Positions 49,083 to 63,258 of a DNA stretch of 64,000 nt are shown in pieces. The translations under genes were made by a program, and so were the position numbers. Below the pieces are notes generated by a model. The model saw only the letters and a program-made list of their open reading frames with translations. It was not told where the DNA came from and did no database searches. The stretch is taken from contig NC_068992.1 in assembly GCF_001194135.2 (NCBI RefSeq), forward strand, positions 8,406,876-8,470,875, read 5' to 3'. The stretch is from Octopus bimaculoides. Its lineage: Eukaryota. Every line of letters starts with the position of its first letter. Position 1 is the first letter of the stretch.

Positions 49083-52000
49083 TAGTTTAGTGATTTTGAT
49101 ATAATCCCCAATTTGGATTTTATTATTGATGTCGTTTGGTAATTTTTTTTTTTTAATACAACAATGTAAAATATTTTCCATATGTCTAATCTGATTATTT
49201 TTTCCCTTCAATATGTGCAAAATAAAGTNNNNNNNNNNNNNNNNNNNNNNNNNNNNNNNNNNNNNNNNNNNNNNNNNNNNNNNNNNNNNNNNNNNNNNNN
49301 NNNNNNNNNNNNNNNNNNNNNNNNNNNNNNNNNNNNNNNNNNNNNNNNNNNNNNNNNNNNNNNNNNNNNNNNNNNNNNNNNNNNNNNNNNNNNNNNNNNN
49401 NNNNNNNNNNNNNNNNNNNNNNNNNNNNNNNNNNNNNNNNNNNNNNNNNNNNNNNNNNNNNNNNNNNNNNNNNNNNNNNNNNNNNNNNNNNNNNNNNNNN
49501 NNNNNNNNNNNNNNNNNNNNNNNNNNNNNNNNNNNNNNNNNNNNNNNNNNNNNNNNNNNNNNNNNNNNNNNNNNNNNNNNNNNNNNNNNNNNNNNNNNNN
49601 NNNNNNNNNNNNNNNNNNNNNNNNNNNNNNNNNNNNNNNNNNNNNNNNNNNNNNNNNNNNNNNNNNNNNNNNNNNNNNNNNNNNNNNNNNNNNNCAAAGC
49701 TCCAATGATATGATAAAGCTTGAATTTTGTGATTGAGAAGAGTGTCCATATATTTGATGTTCTGAAAGCAAGTCCATTCAAAATTGATATTTTGGAAGAT
49801 GTAAAATACAACCTGCTGAAGAAAGTCTACACTCTTGCAATTAACCATTTATTATTTATTCTTTGTGGAAAATGAACTCTGAGTGAAAACTAAAAAAAAA
49901 AAAATGGAGAAAACTTTGTATGAACTCAAATATAAAAACTGCATCTTCCTCTTTTGAAGGTCAAATCTGAAGAGAAAAAAGAATTTTTGCTTTATGTTCA
50001 TGCAAATATAGTATTGTTTCTATCTTCTTTGCTTTTGAAATAAATTGATAAATGAAATGCAAATGTAACTCATAGATTTGTGAGCACCTCAGGAAATGTG
50101 TGTGTGTATGTGTGTGTGAGATCTTCCTTAATGGAGCAAGCAGACCAGAAGTTCAGCATAATGGCATGTGGTGTTTGCTACGTGTCTCATCTGTTGATAC
50201 TGGAGCAGGTCGTGCTCATCCAAAAGTAAACTTTAACACACAATTTTATAAAACGTTGAATATTATATATTTATAATTGTACAACAGATACTATGTTTGA
50301 GAGTCAAAGTTGGTCAAGATATTTAGAAATGTTCCAATGTTGAACTGCCAACGTCTTATTGATTTTTGTCGTTGAATTTTAGATTGCCAAATTTATTCCT
50401 TGTTTGAAAATAAAAAACAAAATGAAATATTAAAATAAACAAGAAGCTGTGTCTAGGTTGATAATATTGTTGTCACAAATCTTTTGGAATTATGAAATAC
50501 TAGTTGTAGAGGCACAAGACCTAGGAATAACTGACAAGGAGAGATGTAAGTTTATGTAGTATTTATACTTTAATATAAGGCATTAGCAATATAAGTGAGA
50601 TGAAATAAATAAAAGAAATCAAACTGTGTTGCAGACTTGTCGTATGTGAAGTCTATGATGCCCTTTGCCTCAATGTCCATTAAGCCTTAAAGAGATCATA
50701 AACCATAATCTAAATTTCATTGTGTCCAGTAGAAAAATAATAAATTCCAATCTTAGAATGCCAGTTTTTTTCAGGTGACATCCCTAGAGCTGGTACCCAT
50801 TCCTGTGACAACTATGTGAAACAGAGGCTTGTGAATCAATGAAAATACAAAATAAAAATACCCAGGCTATATTTGGACTAAAGATACATACATATATATA
50901 TATATCTAAGGCAGTGCTCCAGCATGGCCACAGTCAAATGACTGAAACAAGTAAAAGAATTATATATATAATGTATGTAAGTTGATCCTTAATTCCCTTG
51001 TTCACTCAATTATTTGAACTCTACTCACATGAAAATGATACATTAGCTTCTTAAGAAAATTAGTTCTTGCTTATCACATAAAACCTTTAATTAAACACTT
51101 AACCCTTTGCTTATAACATAACTAAACACATAAGAAACCACAACCCAATAAAGAAGCTTCTCAATGGCTTTTCATTTTTGTTAGAAATAGCAACCAAATT
51201 TCACTCAAACCACATCCTACTGTCTTACAAAAAAAAAATGGATTGGCAAAGTCATTAGAGCATTGATTGAAATGCCTTGTAGTGCTTATTCTGGCTCCCT
51301 GTGATCTGGGTTCAAATCCTACCAAATTCAACTTTGCCTTTTCCTTAATTCAGAGGCAGTACAATAATATAACAATTCAAGGTAATGACTTTCTGGAATC
51401 GATTGAACATGAAACAGAACACTTTGCATTCTGAGTTCTTGGGAAGAACATTTAATCATCCCTCAGTTGTTTAACACCAGTACCTAATACTCAGGTGCCT
51501 TTAACAGAGTTCACTCTATTGCAAGCATTTGGACTAAGGGCTCCAGTTTGAAGTGTATGGCCTAGTGGTCAGGATATTTCGCTCATGATCACAAGATCAT
51601 GGTTTTGATTCCTGAAGTGGACAGTGTATTGTGTTCTTGAGCAAACACTTCATTGCATGTTGCTCCAGTCCGCTCAGCTATAAACGAGTTCCAACAACAG
51701 CTGGCAAGTAAACCCTGTGACAGACTGATGTCCTGTTCAAGGGTGAGTGTTGTAATGTCAGTCACTTAAACGTCATGGAAACCAAGTTAAGCTCCAGCCT
51801 TATGAGTCCTAGAGCTCACATAAAAGAAAGACACTGAAACCACCATTCAGTTGAACACCATCACCTCATGCTGCAAGCATTCAGACCAGGGGTCAAGTTT
51901 GAGGATAACTCCTTCCCTCCCTTCAGTCTCTGAGGCCCTAAAAATATACATATAATGAATCATGAACACTGCCCTTCCTTCTCAAAAAGGTTGGTCATTG

Positions 52001-53171
52001 GTAATAAAAACGTTGGTCATTTCTGGAGTGTCTTTGATAATGGATCTGCTCAATTAGAACTGACCTAAGGCTGTACAGTAACAGCAAATTACGAAACTGC
52101 GCACACATGCACAAACATGCACACAGTTTCTATTTGTTTTGTTTTTGTTTGTTTTTTTTTGTTTGTTTTAGAAAACAATGTAATTACTTAAATATTATCC
52201 CAGCTTCTGTTATATAACAACAGGAATTAATCAATTAGGTTCACCACATTGCTCTCAACAAAAGCTTGCTTTTTTTATTATAGTTCACAGCTTCCTTCAT
52301 ATATGTCGAACCTTTAATCAATTAGGTCTGGCTAATATGTTACAGTAATCAAAGCCTGCACCCATCAAAGAATATTATTATTTTCTTACCTTGTTAGATA
52401 TTAAAAAAATATATATAAAAAAAAAAAGAACAAAAAAAAAAGCATTCAGTCTGTCCTTTGACAATTGCCCATTCTGTTAGGCCTGGCCTTGCTTTCCTGT
52501 TAACAATGCTATAAATGGAATGTTGCTACTTTCACAGCTTTTGTTCTGGAAAAATCTTTAGATAATCACTTAGATAATCAAATTATATAATCACTAGAAT
52601 TTGAAGAGACTAATGACGGCCTGTGTCAGCAAGACTGTATTAAGTAAAAAGCATAAACCAAGGTTATGTTAACAAGCCATGAAGAGAAGAGACATCTTTA
52701 AAATGTTTGGGATATAGACCTTCATTAGCTAAGTTTCACTGGGTTGGGCTAGGCTGGGCCCTCAACCACAAACAAAGTTCTCAATGGATTCCTATTTTCA
52801 CAACTTCACTTGTATGGAAAATAAATGTATAATTTGTTGTACAATGGAACTTGAAGTCCTTTAGACCAAGCTGTGTTTCCCACCCTAGACAATGTTCTCA
52901 AAGGAATCTTAATATTCTCACAGCTTCAGTTGTATGCCAAACATTTATAATCAATTAGATGTGGCTGTGTTCTCTCTCATTAACAATACCATTGATTGAT
53001 TCTTATTACTTCTTATTGATCATTGATTAATCTTGGTTAATTAAACAAAAGGTTAAATACACAAAAATATATAAAATCCATGACATTTTTCATAATAAAT
53101 TTCTGTTAAAAACAAATGACATTTTTGTATGTTATTACTTTGCTGGCAAAGATTTGTGGAATACAGCCAGA

Positions 53172-53212
<41 letters not shown>

Positions 53213-53446
53213 GCATCAATGAGTACTGGTGAGGTGCTAGATGCATTCAACTTTGCTCTCCCCCCACAAATTTGTGTTCGTGTCCATCAGAGGAGTCATT
53301 ATAATCATGTTGATTCTGAAATTAATTTATTCCTTTTTACATTTGTCCTTTTATGTTTTTAATTGTCTTCCTCATTGGACAGTAGCTCTTCTGAACATAC
53401 ATACATATGTCTACTGTGGACTATTTTAAACTGGTGATTACCTGTG

Positions 53447-53478
<32 letters not shown>

Positions 53479-54712
53479 TGCGTGCGTGTGTCACATCCTA
53501 TAACTGTCTGTTTCTCTATTTTTGTAGGGTCTTCACTGTTGCTGTCACATATTTTGAAATTTTAAAATTACATCAAAATTTTCAAATTTGGTATATTGAA
53601 ATAACTTTCCATGTTAAATCAGGTTTTGTTATTTATTTGTTCCAGAAAAATTGCAGAAAAATGTTACTGGGATTTAAGGTTTAATAAATTTTACCTAATC
53701 AGAAAACAGGATTTGGAAGCTGGCATTTCCTGCATGATAATTGTCTATCACAAAATCAAAACAAAATTTTTATTAAGCAAATGAAAGTAAAGCATTAAGA
53801 CAACCAAAGTTGTAAGAACTTCTGAAGTTTTAATAAGTTTTAATGAACAAAGTCATGTGAAACAGTCAAAGAGACATGTAAATAATTTAAAAAAGAAAAT
53901 AATCATCAATGAAGTTTTTTGGCGAAAAGTTGCACAAATTTGTTCTGATCAAGGGGCCTACCTGTCGGAAAAGGCATGGCCTGGCATGGAATAAACAAAA
54001 ATTACTCGTCAACAGCTGGCTATTCAGTTAGTGCATATATATATACATACACACACATACATAAATAAATATAAAGTTAAATTTTCTTAGAAAGTATGTT
54101 TTTAAATATACTTCACAATATCTGGGCTTTATTAAGAAGTGCTCACTGCAAGCTAAATCGAAGGATAAGAGAAATTATAGAAGGAACACATCTGGGTAAT
54201 CAATAGAAATTCCAAAGCATAATTTAAAGCACACAACAAATAAACATACATATAAGTTTATATAAATAAGTGAATAAAATTACATATAAAAGTTATATGT
54301 AATAACTATGCATCATGTACATTGGGTTCAGGTACCAAATGGAGAACAAATAGAGAGAGAAAAATTCGAGGTAAGGGCTTCCAAAAGGAACAATTCCAGT
54401 TGATTAAGAATTTGATGTTTATGTCAAAGCTGGATGAAATGTTTTGTGGCATTTCTCATGGCTCTGAGTCCAAATTCTGCTGAGGATGGTTTACCTGTCA
54501 TCCTTTCAGCGTGGGGGTAATATAATCAACCAGATATCTCACCACAAAATTTCAGGCCTTGTTCCTGGAGTAGAAAGATTTATTGTCATTGTCACTAGAA
54601 TTAGTAAAAAGATAAAAGAGTACAAGATATATAGTGAAAATTTGAACACAAATATCCCTGCCTATTCACTCTAGTATTTTGTACTGGATACCAATTGAAT
54701 ATGTGATCGATA

Positions 54713-54870
54713 TCACTTCACAGTAGTAGGAGATATTTCTGACAACATTTTGGCACTGATATCAAACGTTGGTTCTGTACAAACTGATTCTATATTCATG
54801 TACTGAAAGGGCACACACTGGGTCTTGATAGTTTTATCAAAGAATCTAATTGTTCGTTCTTGAGAAGTAT
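54713..54870 (-). CDS. Probable last coding exon of an unidentified minus-strand gene: (D)TSQERTIRFFDKTIKTQCVPFQYMNIESVCTEPTFDISAKMLSEISPTTVK*
   Basis: Strong acceptor gttatttgtttctgttctgttgcag|at, then 51 open codons of protein-like composition to TGA; phase-1 start. Confidence 0.7.
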
Positions 54871-55639
54871 CTGCAACAGAACAGAAACAAATAACTTTTA
54901 TAAGAAATTGAATTGAGAGAAGAAATGATAATGAAACTCAGATGTTCCAAAAGAAAAACTAGAGAAGATAGTGGGGAAAGTACATTAAAGTACATTCAAT
55001 TAAAGAATGATAGATGGGTGATGAAAACTGTTCTTCATCCTTTGATATGGTTGAACAACTAATCCCAGACAGTCAGGATTCACAGAACAGGTTGTACTAT
55101 TCATCCTTTTGATCACTGAATACAAAATGTGACTTGCAAGACCTCCATTCAGCTGATTTTCCTAGGTCACCATCTTGCCCTTATATGCTAATCCATCACA
55201 AATTTAGCCATTTACAGCTGAGTGAACTGGAGCAACATGAAATGAAGTGGTTTACTCAAGAACACAATGTACAGCTGATCACGTGATTGAAACCATGATC
55301 TCACAATTGTGAGTACGACACCCTAACCACGAGGCTCTAAATGTTTTGTAGACCTTTTGTATGGACACATTTTGCATTGTATATATGAGCCCTTGTGACC
55401 AATCAAGAAAGAATTATTATTAATAAAGCTATTCTGTTGAATTGATAGTGTCTCATGCAAGATGTGGGCTATTATTATCATTATCATTATTATTACTAAT
55501 AAGGCATCAAGCTGGTAGAATCATTAGCTTGTCAGACAAACCCATAAGAAAGTGATTCGTTGTGTTTTATCATGGCAAAAATTTCTCACTGTAGAAACAC
55601 CAAAATCCTGTATTTATACCATTTGTCTACAGTGATGGT

Positions 55640-57050
55640 GCAGCTCATGGTATCAGATCGCATTGGTGATGGTGGTGGTGGTGGTTGTGATATCGTGATG
55701 GTAGTGGTGGTGATAGTAGATGGTGGTGGTAGTAGATGGTATTGGTGGTAGTANNNNNNNNNNNNNNNNNNNNNNNNNNNNNNNNNNNNNNNNNNNNNNN
55801 NNNNNNNNNNNNNNNNNNNNNNNNNNNNNNNNNNNNNNNNNNNNNNNNNNNNNNNNNNNNNNNNNNNNNNNNNNNNNNNNNNNNNNNNNNNNNNNNNNNN
55901 NNNNNNNNNNNNNNNNNNNNNNCGCTCTTCCGATCTATGGAGGTATTGGTGGTGGTGGTGGTGGTTGTGATATTGTGATGGTAGTGGTGGTGATAGTAGA
56001 TGGTGGTGGTAGTAGATGGTATTGGTGGTAGTAGATGGTATTGGTGGTAGTGGTGGTGGTGGTGGTGGTGGTGGTAGTAGGTGGTATTAGTGATGGTGGT
56101 GGTAGTAGTGATGATGGTTATGGTGATGGTGATGATACTGGTGGTATTAGGTGGTGGTGGTGGTGATGGCCCATCACTAAGCCACAAACCACTGCAAATA
56201 CAGTGGTGCAGATTGTAATGCAGCACTACGCAACCACTAGCTGCAACAGTGTGTAGTAACAGCAGTTTCTATCGTGTAATCCACCAACAGCACAACTACC
56301 ACCATCACACTAGTACACACTAACACCACCACACTATTACTATCAAATTTCTACCACTACTACAATCATCACCACCACCACCATACTTCCAGCACTAACC
56401 TGGTACTAGTACATTCATACTACCACTTATACTACCACCACCACTATTACTGCTACTACACTTTCACACTACCACAACACAACTACTATTATAAAACTAC
56501 TGCCACTACACACTGACTACTACCACCAACACTACTACTACACCACCACCACTACACACTGACTACCACCAGCATAATTACTACTACTACCCCCACAATA
56601 CTACTACTACTATAGCAGTGTGCTAGCCTGTAGTTAACATTGTACCTCCCATACTACCTATCCACTGGCTGCATTATTTCACAATGCAGTATATCTTGGA
56701 AGAGCAGAGGGTACACCTGCTTCTGATTGTAGTAGTAGTAATAGTAGTAGTAGTCGTGGTGGTGGTGGTGGTGGTGGTAGTAGTGGTGATGGTAGTAGTA
56801 GTAGTAGTGGTGGTGGTGGTGGCGGTGGTAATAGTAGAAGTAGTAGTAGTAGTAGTAGCAGCAGTAGTAGTAGTAGCAGTAGTAGTAGTAGCGGTGGCAG
56901 TACTTATAATACCATTACTGCAGTTGAGAACAAATAATAGAACAGTGACACTGCAATACAGTTCAACAGTTTGTTGCATCTCTTATGTGCATCTTACACT
57001 ATGGTGCAACACTAACCCCCAACTGCAAGTGGGTATGTTAAGTTATTACT
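55640..57050. repeat. Large compound (GGT/AGT/GAT)n and (ACC/ACT)n low-complexity tract
   Basis: Direct inspection. It explains the poly-V/T/H ORFs. Numerous (TA)n, (TG)n, (AAT)n, (GA)n and (GGTTT)n microsatellites occur throughout, e.g. 17118-17197, 18196-18300, 46954-47036, 47810-48490, 58896-58938. Confidence 0.95.
55923..55936 (+). other. Illumina adapter remnant CGCTCTTCCGATCT at a contig edge (assembly artefact)
   Basis: Exact 14-nt match to the 3' end of the TruSeq read primer, directly after an N run. Confidence 0.9.
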
Positions 57051-57569
57051 GATAGAGTAGCCCCCACCCCCATCTTGCCAGTAGATGCATTATTATTGCC
57101 ACTGCAGCTGACTGCATGTGAAACTGATTGAGTAGTACCACTGCAGTGCAGCAGTTAGTTGCATCTGCTCAGTATCAAATTACTACTACCACTGCATTTT
57201 GATTAATTTATTTATTCACAGTAGCATCATAAAAAAGAAGATACACCATGGCATTGCATCTATCCAGAGATACATCCCTATTAACACTGCAGTTTTGTGC
57301 ATATAAGCAATGATAAAGTAGCACCTGTAAGTAATCTCATTATATCAGCACTGAGCAAAGGGGATCCGTTAACGATTAGAGAAGCACTCCTGCTAGCAGG
57401 TGCAGTGCTGCGGTTAGTTGAATCAACTCAGTAATGATCAGTAATCCTAGTTTTTGTTGGTTGCACCTCTGTCACCACCACCACCACATCAAAATGCATA
57501 TATTAATGTTATAGTGACAGTGTTGCAAAGAGGTGCAGCAAGCACTATAATGAATTTTAAAAATTTGAC

Positions 57570-57676
57570 CTGTTGTAGCTAATAGCAGTATAAAACACAC
57601 AACATGTTGCCGAATGTCAGACAAATGCAGAGAGTGTATGATTAGGGCAGCTGCTATATGTTGAACAGACACTGTT
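57570..57676 (-). CDS. Candidate internal exon of the unidentified gene: (R)TVSVQHIAAALIIHSLHLSDIRQHVVCFILLLATT
   Basis: Long pyrimidine tract ...ctttccttccttcatcaaatccag|a and weak donor acag|gtcaaa; 107 nt, phase 2 to 1. Bridges 58648-58718 and 54713-54870 in frame. Confidence 0.45.
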
Positions 57677-58647
57677 CTGGATTTGATGAAGGAAGGAAAG
57701 TAAGGCAGAGAATAGTCACCATGCTAGTTAACCCATAACTGGGACCCTAATAACTGGTAGATCTTATCAACTAGCCCTCTCCCCAAAAATTTCAGGCCTT
57801 GTGCCTAGAGTAGAAAAGATTATTATTATTATTATTATTATTTACATTCTGAGTTCAAATTCTGCTGGGGTCGACTTTGCTTTTCATCCTTTCAAGATCA
57901 ATAAATCAAGTACTAGTCAAATACCGGGGTCAATATAATCGACTAGTCCTCTCCTCCAAAATTTTTGGCCTTGTGCCTCAGTAGAAAGGATTATTATTAT
58001 TATTATTATTATCATTATTAAGGCAGCCAACTGGCAGAATCGTTAGCACGCCAGGCAAAATGGTTAGCGGCAGTTTGTCCATCCTTACACTCTGAGTTCA
58101 AATTCCACCAAGGTTAACTTTATCTTTCATCATTTCGGAGTTGAAATAAATATCAGTTGCACACTGGGGTTGATGTAATCGACTAGCCCCCACCTCCCTG
58201 AAAATTCCAGGATTATTATTATTATTATCATTATCATTATTATTATGTGGCAGTGGTGGTGGTGGTAGTGTTGGTGGTGATGGCAGTGGTGGTGGTGGTG
58301 GTGATGTTGGCAAATACTGTAATGATAGCAGAGGAATAGTGGTGGAGGTGATGGTTACATTAATGTGATGGTGGAGTGGCAACAGTGATTAGTAAGAAAG
58401 AGAAATTTGACCTATTAAATAAAAGTACCAATAATACCGATAATATTGTAAGCTTCCCATGCAATCCAACTCAAACAAAACAACCTTCCTCCAAAACTTC
58501 CCTAACCATCCTGCCTTGCACATTCCCCTGCACTCCTCACCAAAACATTGTCATCGTAATCACATGTAAACATCAAATCATTATTTACAAGTATATAATA
58601 ATAACAACGGTATCGATCTCCTTTTGTCCATAAATTTATAAAAAAAC

Positions 58648-58718
58648 CTCATAATAAAATCCTCATCATCTGCTCCATCTATGTCACTCTGCCGGCTATT
58701 GTCTCTGTGTCGAAATAG
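58648..58718 (-). CDS. Candidate internal exon of the unidentified gene: LFRHRDNSRQSDIDGADDEDFIM
   Basis: ttctatcag|cta ... atgag|gttttt (weak donor); 71 nt, phase 0 to 2; GC-richer than its flanks. The upstream phase partner was not found. Confidence 0.45.
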
Positions 58719-61330
58719 CTGATAGAATCAATGATAATTCACAGAAAATACAGTGTAGCTGCCACTTGCTTTTACCAAATAAAAGTACTTCTGACTCTAA
58801 ATTGATAGTCAAGACATATATTACTTTACTTAAGCAGTACACATATATTTGGAATACCACGAAAACAAAAGGAATAAAAATAAGAGTTGTTGATTTGGTT
58901 TGGTTTGGTTTGGTTTGGTTTGGTTTGGTTTGGTTTGGTATGGTATGGCATTGGTTTTGGTTTGGAGCAGATTATTTCTATATCTATTTTTTTTTTTATT
59001 TTGTTAATTTTTAAATGTTGCTTTCTGTAATAACAAATTGCCTGAGATTGTCTTTGATTCAACAATACAAAATATTCAATTTCAAAGTGCATGTATGTGT
59101 GTATGCACATATGTGTATGAACCTTATATAGATATATGCGTGTGTATGTATACATATGCATGTATGAATATCATCGTGTGCATATGTGTGTGTGTGTGCA
59201 TGAAAATGTGTGTACGTATGTGTATGTGTATATGTTTATTTGTATATATACATTTGTGTATATACTGGCGCAAGCCTAGCTGTGTGGTTATGAATCTCAC
59301 TTTGCAACCAAGCGGTTTTGGGTTCAATCTCACAGTGCAAAAGCTTGGCCAAGTGTCTTACTATAGCCCTGGGTCAACCAATGCTTTGACAGTGAATTTG
59401 GTAGATGAAAACTGTGTGGAAGCCTGTCACATACATGTGCGTGTGCATCTGTGGGCATGCATGTGTGTGTGTGTGTGTGTTATGGACACACAAAGAAACC
59501 AACCTCAGTTGCCAAGCAGTGGTGAGGAGGCAAACACAAACAAAAATACATACACACACATGATGAGCTTCCATGCGATTTCTGTCTAAAAAAATTCACT
59601 CACAAGGCACTGGTCAACCAATGGCTATAGTACAGGACACTTGGCTAAGGTGCCATGCTGTGGGACTGAACCCAAAACCATGTTGATTGCAAGGCGAGCT
59701 TCATAACAATACAGCCATGCCCCACACCAAATAGGCAGTTTTGTACAGCCAAACATCACCCCCAACTGAATACAGCTGGGTAACATGTGCCATGCATTTG
59801 CTGGTTGTTTTATGTGCCAATGTCGTTACGAGAAGACATGAACGCATTCTCAGACACCCCATCTCCCTCGTGACTCAGAAGAACATGGATGTGACAGCTG
59901 GAGACAGAGAGATGGTTGCACCAGTACGTAACTGGTATGCATTACAACTGAAGCACTTTTGCTAAGAACACAACTGTCCAGTGAAGGAACAGCAGAACCC
60001 ATGACCATGTGACCTCGAAACGAACCCAAATTACTAGGTCATGTGTCTTTATACAAGCAATGTTGATATGCCAGTGCCACATGAGGAGCACCCAGCACAT
60101 TCTGTAAAGTGATTGGCATTAGGATGGGCACCCAGCCATAGAAACCATGCCAAAACAGACAATCAGAAACTGGACAGCTCCAGTCAAACTGCCCACTCTA
60201 TGCCAGCAGTTGTTAAACAATGATGATGATGGTGGTGGTGGCAGTGATGATGATGATGATGATATGTTCATGAAAGAGTTAAGTCCTTGAATAAAAAAAA
60301 TATACATTGTAGCAGTAATAAATATTTTAACTCCTTAAATCATTTAAAATCTATTTTTCTTCTGGCAAATTGTGAAAGAAACAAAGAAAAACAATATACA
60401 TATCAAGGGAAAAGACAGCAAAAATTTTTTTTTTAAATAGGAAAAGAGAGAAAAAAATGAAAATTCTTTGTTGTGTGACTAAAAATAGACTCCCATTTAC
60501 AGAATATCACCAGTTTTACAGGCTACTGAAACAGTTAGTAGGTAGTAGTGGTTCCTGATATTTTTACAAAAATGTCTTCGAACCATTCCATTCTTACAAT
60601 AAATAAACAAATCAATAAATAGATAAATAAATAAATAAATAAATGATGGTTATGATTCTAAAATATCTCAAGAAAGAAAAATATCATTTGTCATTTTTCC
60701 CATTAGTTTGGGTAGTGTTTTTTCATATTTTTTGTTTTTCTTTTGGTATAGAGAGGCATGGTTGGGTGGTTAAGAAACTCACTTTGCAACCACATTGTTT
60801 CATGTTCAGTCCCACCACCCAGCACTCGGAACAGGTGTCTTCTACTGTAGCTCTGGACCAACCTTCTGAGTGCGTCTAGTAGACAGAAACTATCTAGAAG
60901 CCTTTTATGAATATATATATATATATATATATATATTCTTTTATTCTTTTATTCTTTAACTTGTTTCAATCATTCGACTGCAGCTATGCTGGTGCATCAT
61001 CCTGAAGGGTTTTTAGTCGAACAACTCAATCCCAGGACTTATTTTTTTTAAGCATAGTATCTTACTCTATCAGCCTCTTTTGCCAAACCACTAAGTTACG
61101 AGGATGTAAACACACCAACATCAGTTGTCAAGCAGTGATGGGGGGGAGGAGGACAAACACAGACACAAAGACACATACACAGACTGACAGACAGACAGAC
61201 AGATAGATAGATACAAAGCTTTGGTCAGCCCAAAGCTATAGTAGAAGACGCTCACCTAAGTTGTCATACAGTGGAACTGAACCCTGAACCATGTGGTTGG
61301 GAAGCAAGCTTCTTNNNNNNNNNNNNNNNN

Positions 61331-61367
<37 letters not shown>

Positions 61368-61421
61368 CATACGCACTAAACCAATGTTCTTGGAGTATAT
61401 TTGATATGAAGTACCATTTAC

Positions 61422-61563
61422 CTTTACAATCAATGTTCTTTTTCACCAAAACCATCCACCATTCTTTCTTGACGACAGGGCTGGAGCAGAGGGATCTGAG
61501 GAATTGCTCCAAGCAGGAAGAATCATTATCGGATTGAAACAGCATCTGGTTTTCAATGTAATT
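61422..61563 (-). CDS. Internal exon of the unidentified gene: NYIENQMLFQSDNDSSCLEQFLRSLCSSPVVKKEWWMVLVKKNIDCK
   Basis: ctttttaattcttttatag|aat ... aaag|gtaaat; 142 nt, phase 0 to 1, open, unique non-repeat sequence. Confidence 0.75.
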
Positions 61564-61992
61564 CTATAAAAGAATTAAAAAGCGGCAAAAATGTAGTTAA
61601 ACAAACCAATCCTAGTAAAACCACCACCACCACCATCAACACTACTAGCAATACCAGCAGCAGCAGCAACAACAACACTAGGAAAGTGAGTTTGCGACTC
61701 TATTTTGATTTGGTTTCTACAGCTGGATGCCCTTCCTAACACCAACCACTCTTCAGAGTGTACCAGATATCTTTTATGTGTCACTGGTGTAGGTGCCTTT
61801 TACAGATCAGGTGCCTCTCACACACACACGCACACATACATATGATGGACTTATTTCAGTTTCCATCACAGATTTCATTACACAGCCAGAGAGAGAGAGA
61901 GAGAGAGAGTGAGATCAGGAATGAAGACAGAAACAGGTGCACTGCCCTGCAAAGGAAATACATGGTTACCCAACCTGAGGAAAGTGCAGAAG

Positions 61993-62032
<40 letters not shown>

Positions 62033-63258
62033 GAGACAGAGATGGTGGTAAAGTACCAGGCATATGCAATGATGCAGTGAGACAGGACATGGATAGAATA
62101 CACAGGTCAGAAGCTAGCGGAGAGCAATGATACGATGGGTTACTTTCAGTTTCTGTCTACCAAATCCACTCACAAGACTTTGGTTGGCCCAAGGCTGTAG
62201 TAGAAGACACTTGACCANNNNNNNNNNTGGTTGGCCCAAGGCTGTAGTAGAAGACACTTGACCAAGGTGCCATGCAGTGGGACTGAACCTGGAACCATGT
62301 GGTTGGGAAGCAAGTTTCCTGCCACACAGCCACTATCGATTACCAAGAGATGGTGCATTGCACTATCACTGAGCTTGTGTGTGTGTGTGTGACAGAGAGA
62401 CAGAGAGGGAGAATAAGCAAGCTAGCAGCTTGGTTTATACCTATGTGGCCTTGCAGGTATGTGTGTACCTGCAAGCGTGTTTTCACATGCTGGCTTGCAA
62501 GTTAATTCCACCTATTCTAATGCAGCCATATGTACAGACNNNNNNNNNNNNNNNNNNNNNNNNNNNNNNNNNNNNNNNNNNNNNNNNNNNNNNNNNNNNN
62601 NNNNNNNNNNNNNNNNNNNNNNNNNNNNNNNNNNNNNNNNNNNNNNNNNNNNNNNNNNNNNNNNNNNNNNNNNNNNNNNNNNNNNNNNNNNNNNNNNNNN
62701 NNNNNNNNNNNNNNNNNNNNNNNNNNNNNNNNNNNNNNNNNNNNNNNNNNNNNNNNNNNNNNNNNNNNNNNNNNNNNNNNNNNNNNNNNNNNNNNNNNNN
62801 NNNNNNNNNNNNNNNNNNNNNNNNNNNNNNNNNNNNNNNNNNNNNNNNNNNNNNNNNNNNNNNNNNNNNNNNNNNNNNNNNNNNNNNNNNNNNNNNNNNN
62901 NNNNNNNNNNNNNNNNNNNNNNNNNNNNNNNNNNNNNNNNNNNNNNNNNNNNNNNNNNNNNNNNNNNNNNNNNNNNNNNNNNNNNNNNNNNNNNNNNNNN
63001 NNNNNNNNNNNNNNNNNNNNNNNNNNNNNNNNNNNNNNNNNNNNNNNNNNNNNNNNNNNNNNNNNNNNNNNNNNNNNNNNNNNNNNNNNNNNNNNNNNNN
63101 NNNNNNNNNNNNNNNNNNNNNNNNNNNNNNNNNNNNNNNNNNNNNNNNNNNNNNNNNNNNNNNNNNNNNNNNNNNNNNNNNNNNNNNNNNNNNNNNNNNN
63201 NNNNNNGCTAATACTACGATGGGAAATTATTGCCCTGCTTTATGAGTTTTCGCTTTAC

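Noticed and set aside
50140-50200. SECIS-like ATGA...AAA...TGA pattern on the minus strand
   Set aside because: The required helix II cannot be paired.
53220-53316. Minus-strand acceptor followed by NQHDYNDSSDGHEHKFVGGEQS*
   Set aside because: It lies downstream of the stop at 54713 and has no supported donor partner.
58776-58796. Minus-strand 21-nt phase 1-to-1 candidate (ESEVLLF)
   Set aside because: It fits the frame between 61422 and 54870, but it is short, has a weak acceptor and has no independent support.
60568-60592. Minus-strand 25-nt candidate exon MEWFEDIF that would join 58718 in frame
   Set aside because: It needs a phase-2 upstream partner, whereas 61422 ends in phase 1, and the nearby phase-2 donor creates TGA.
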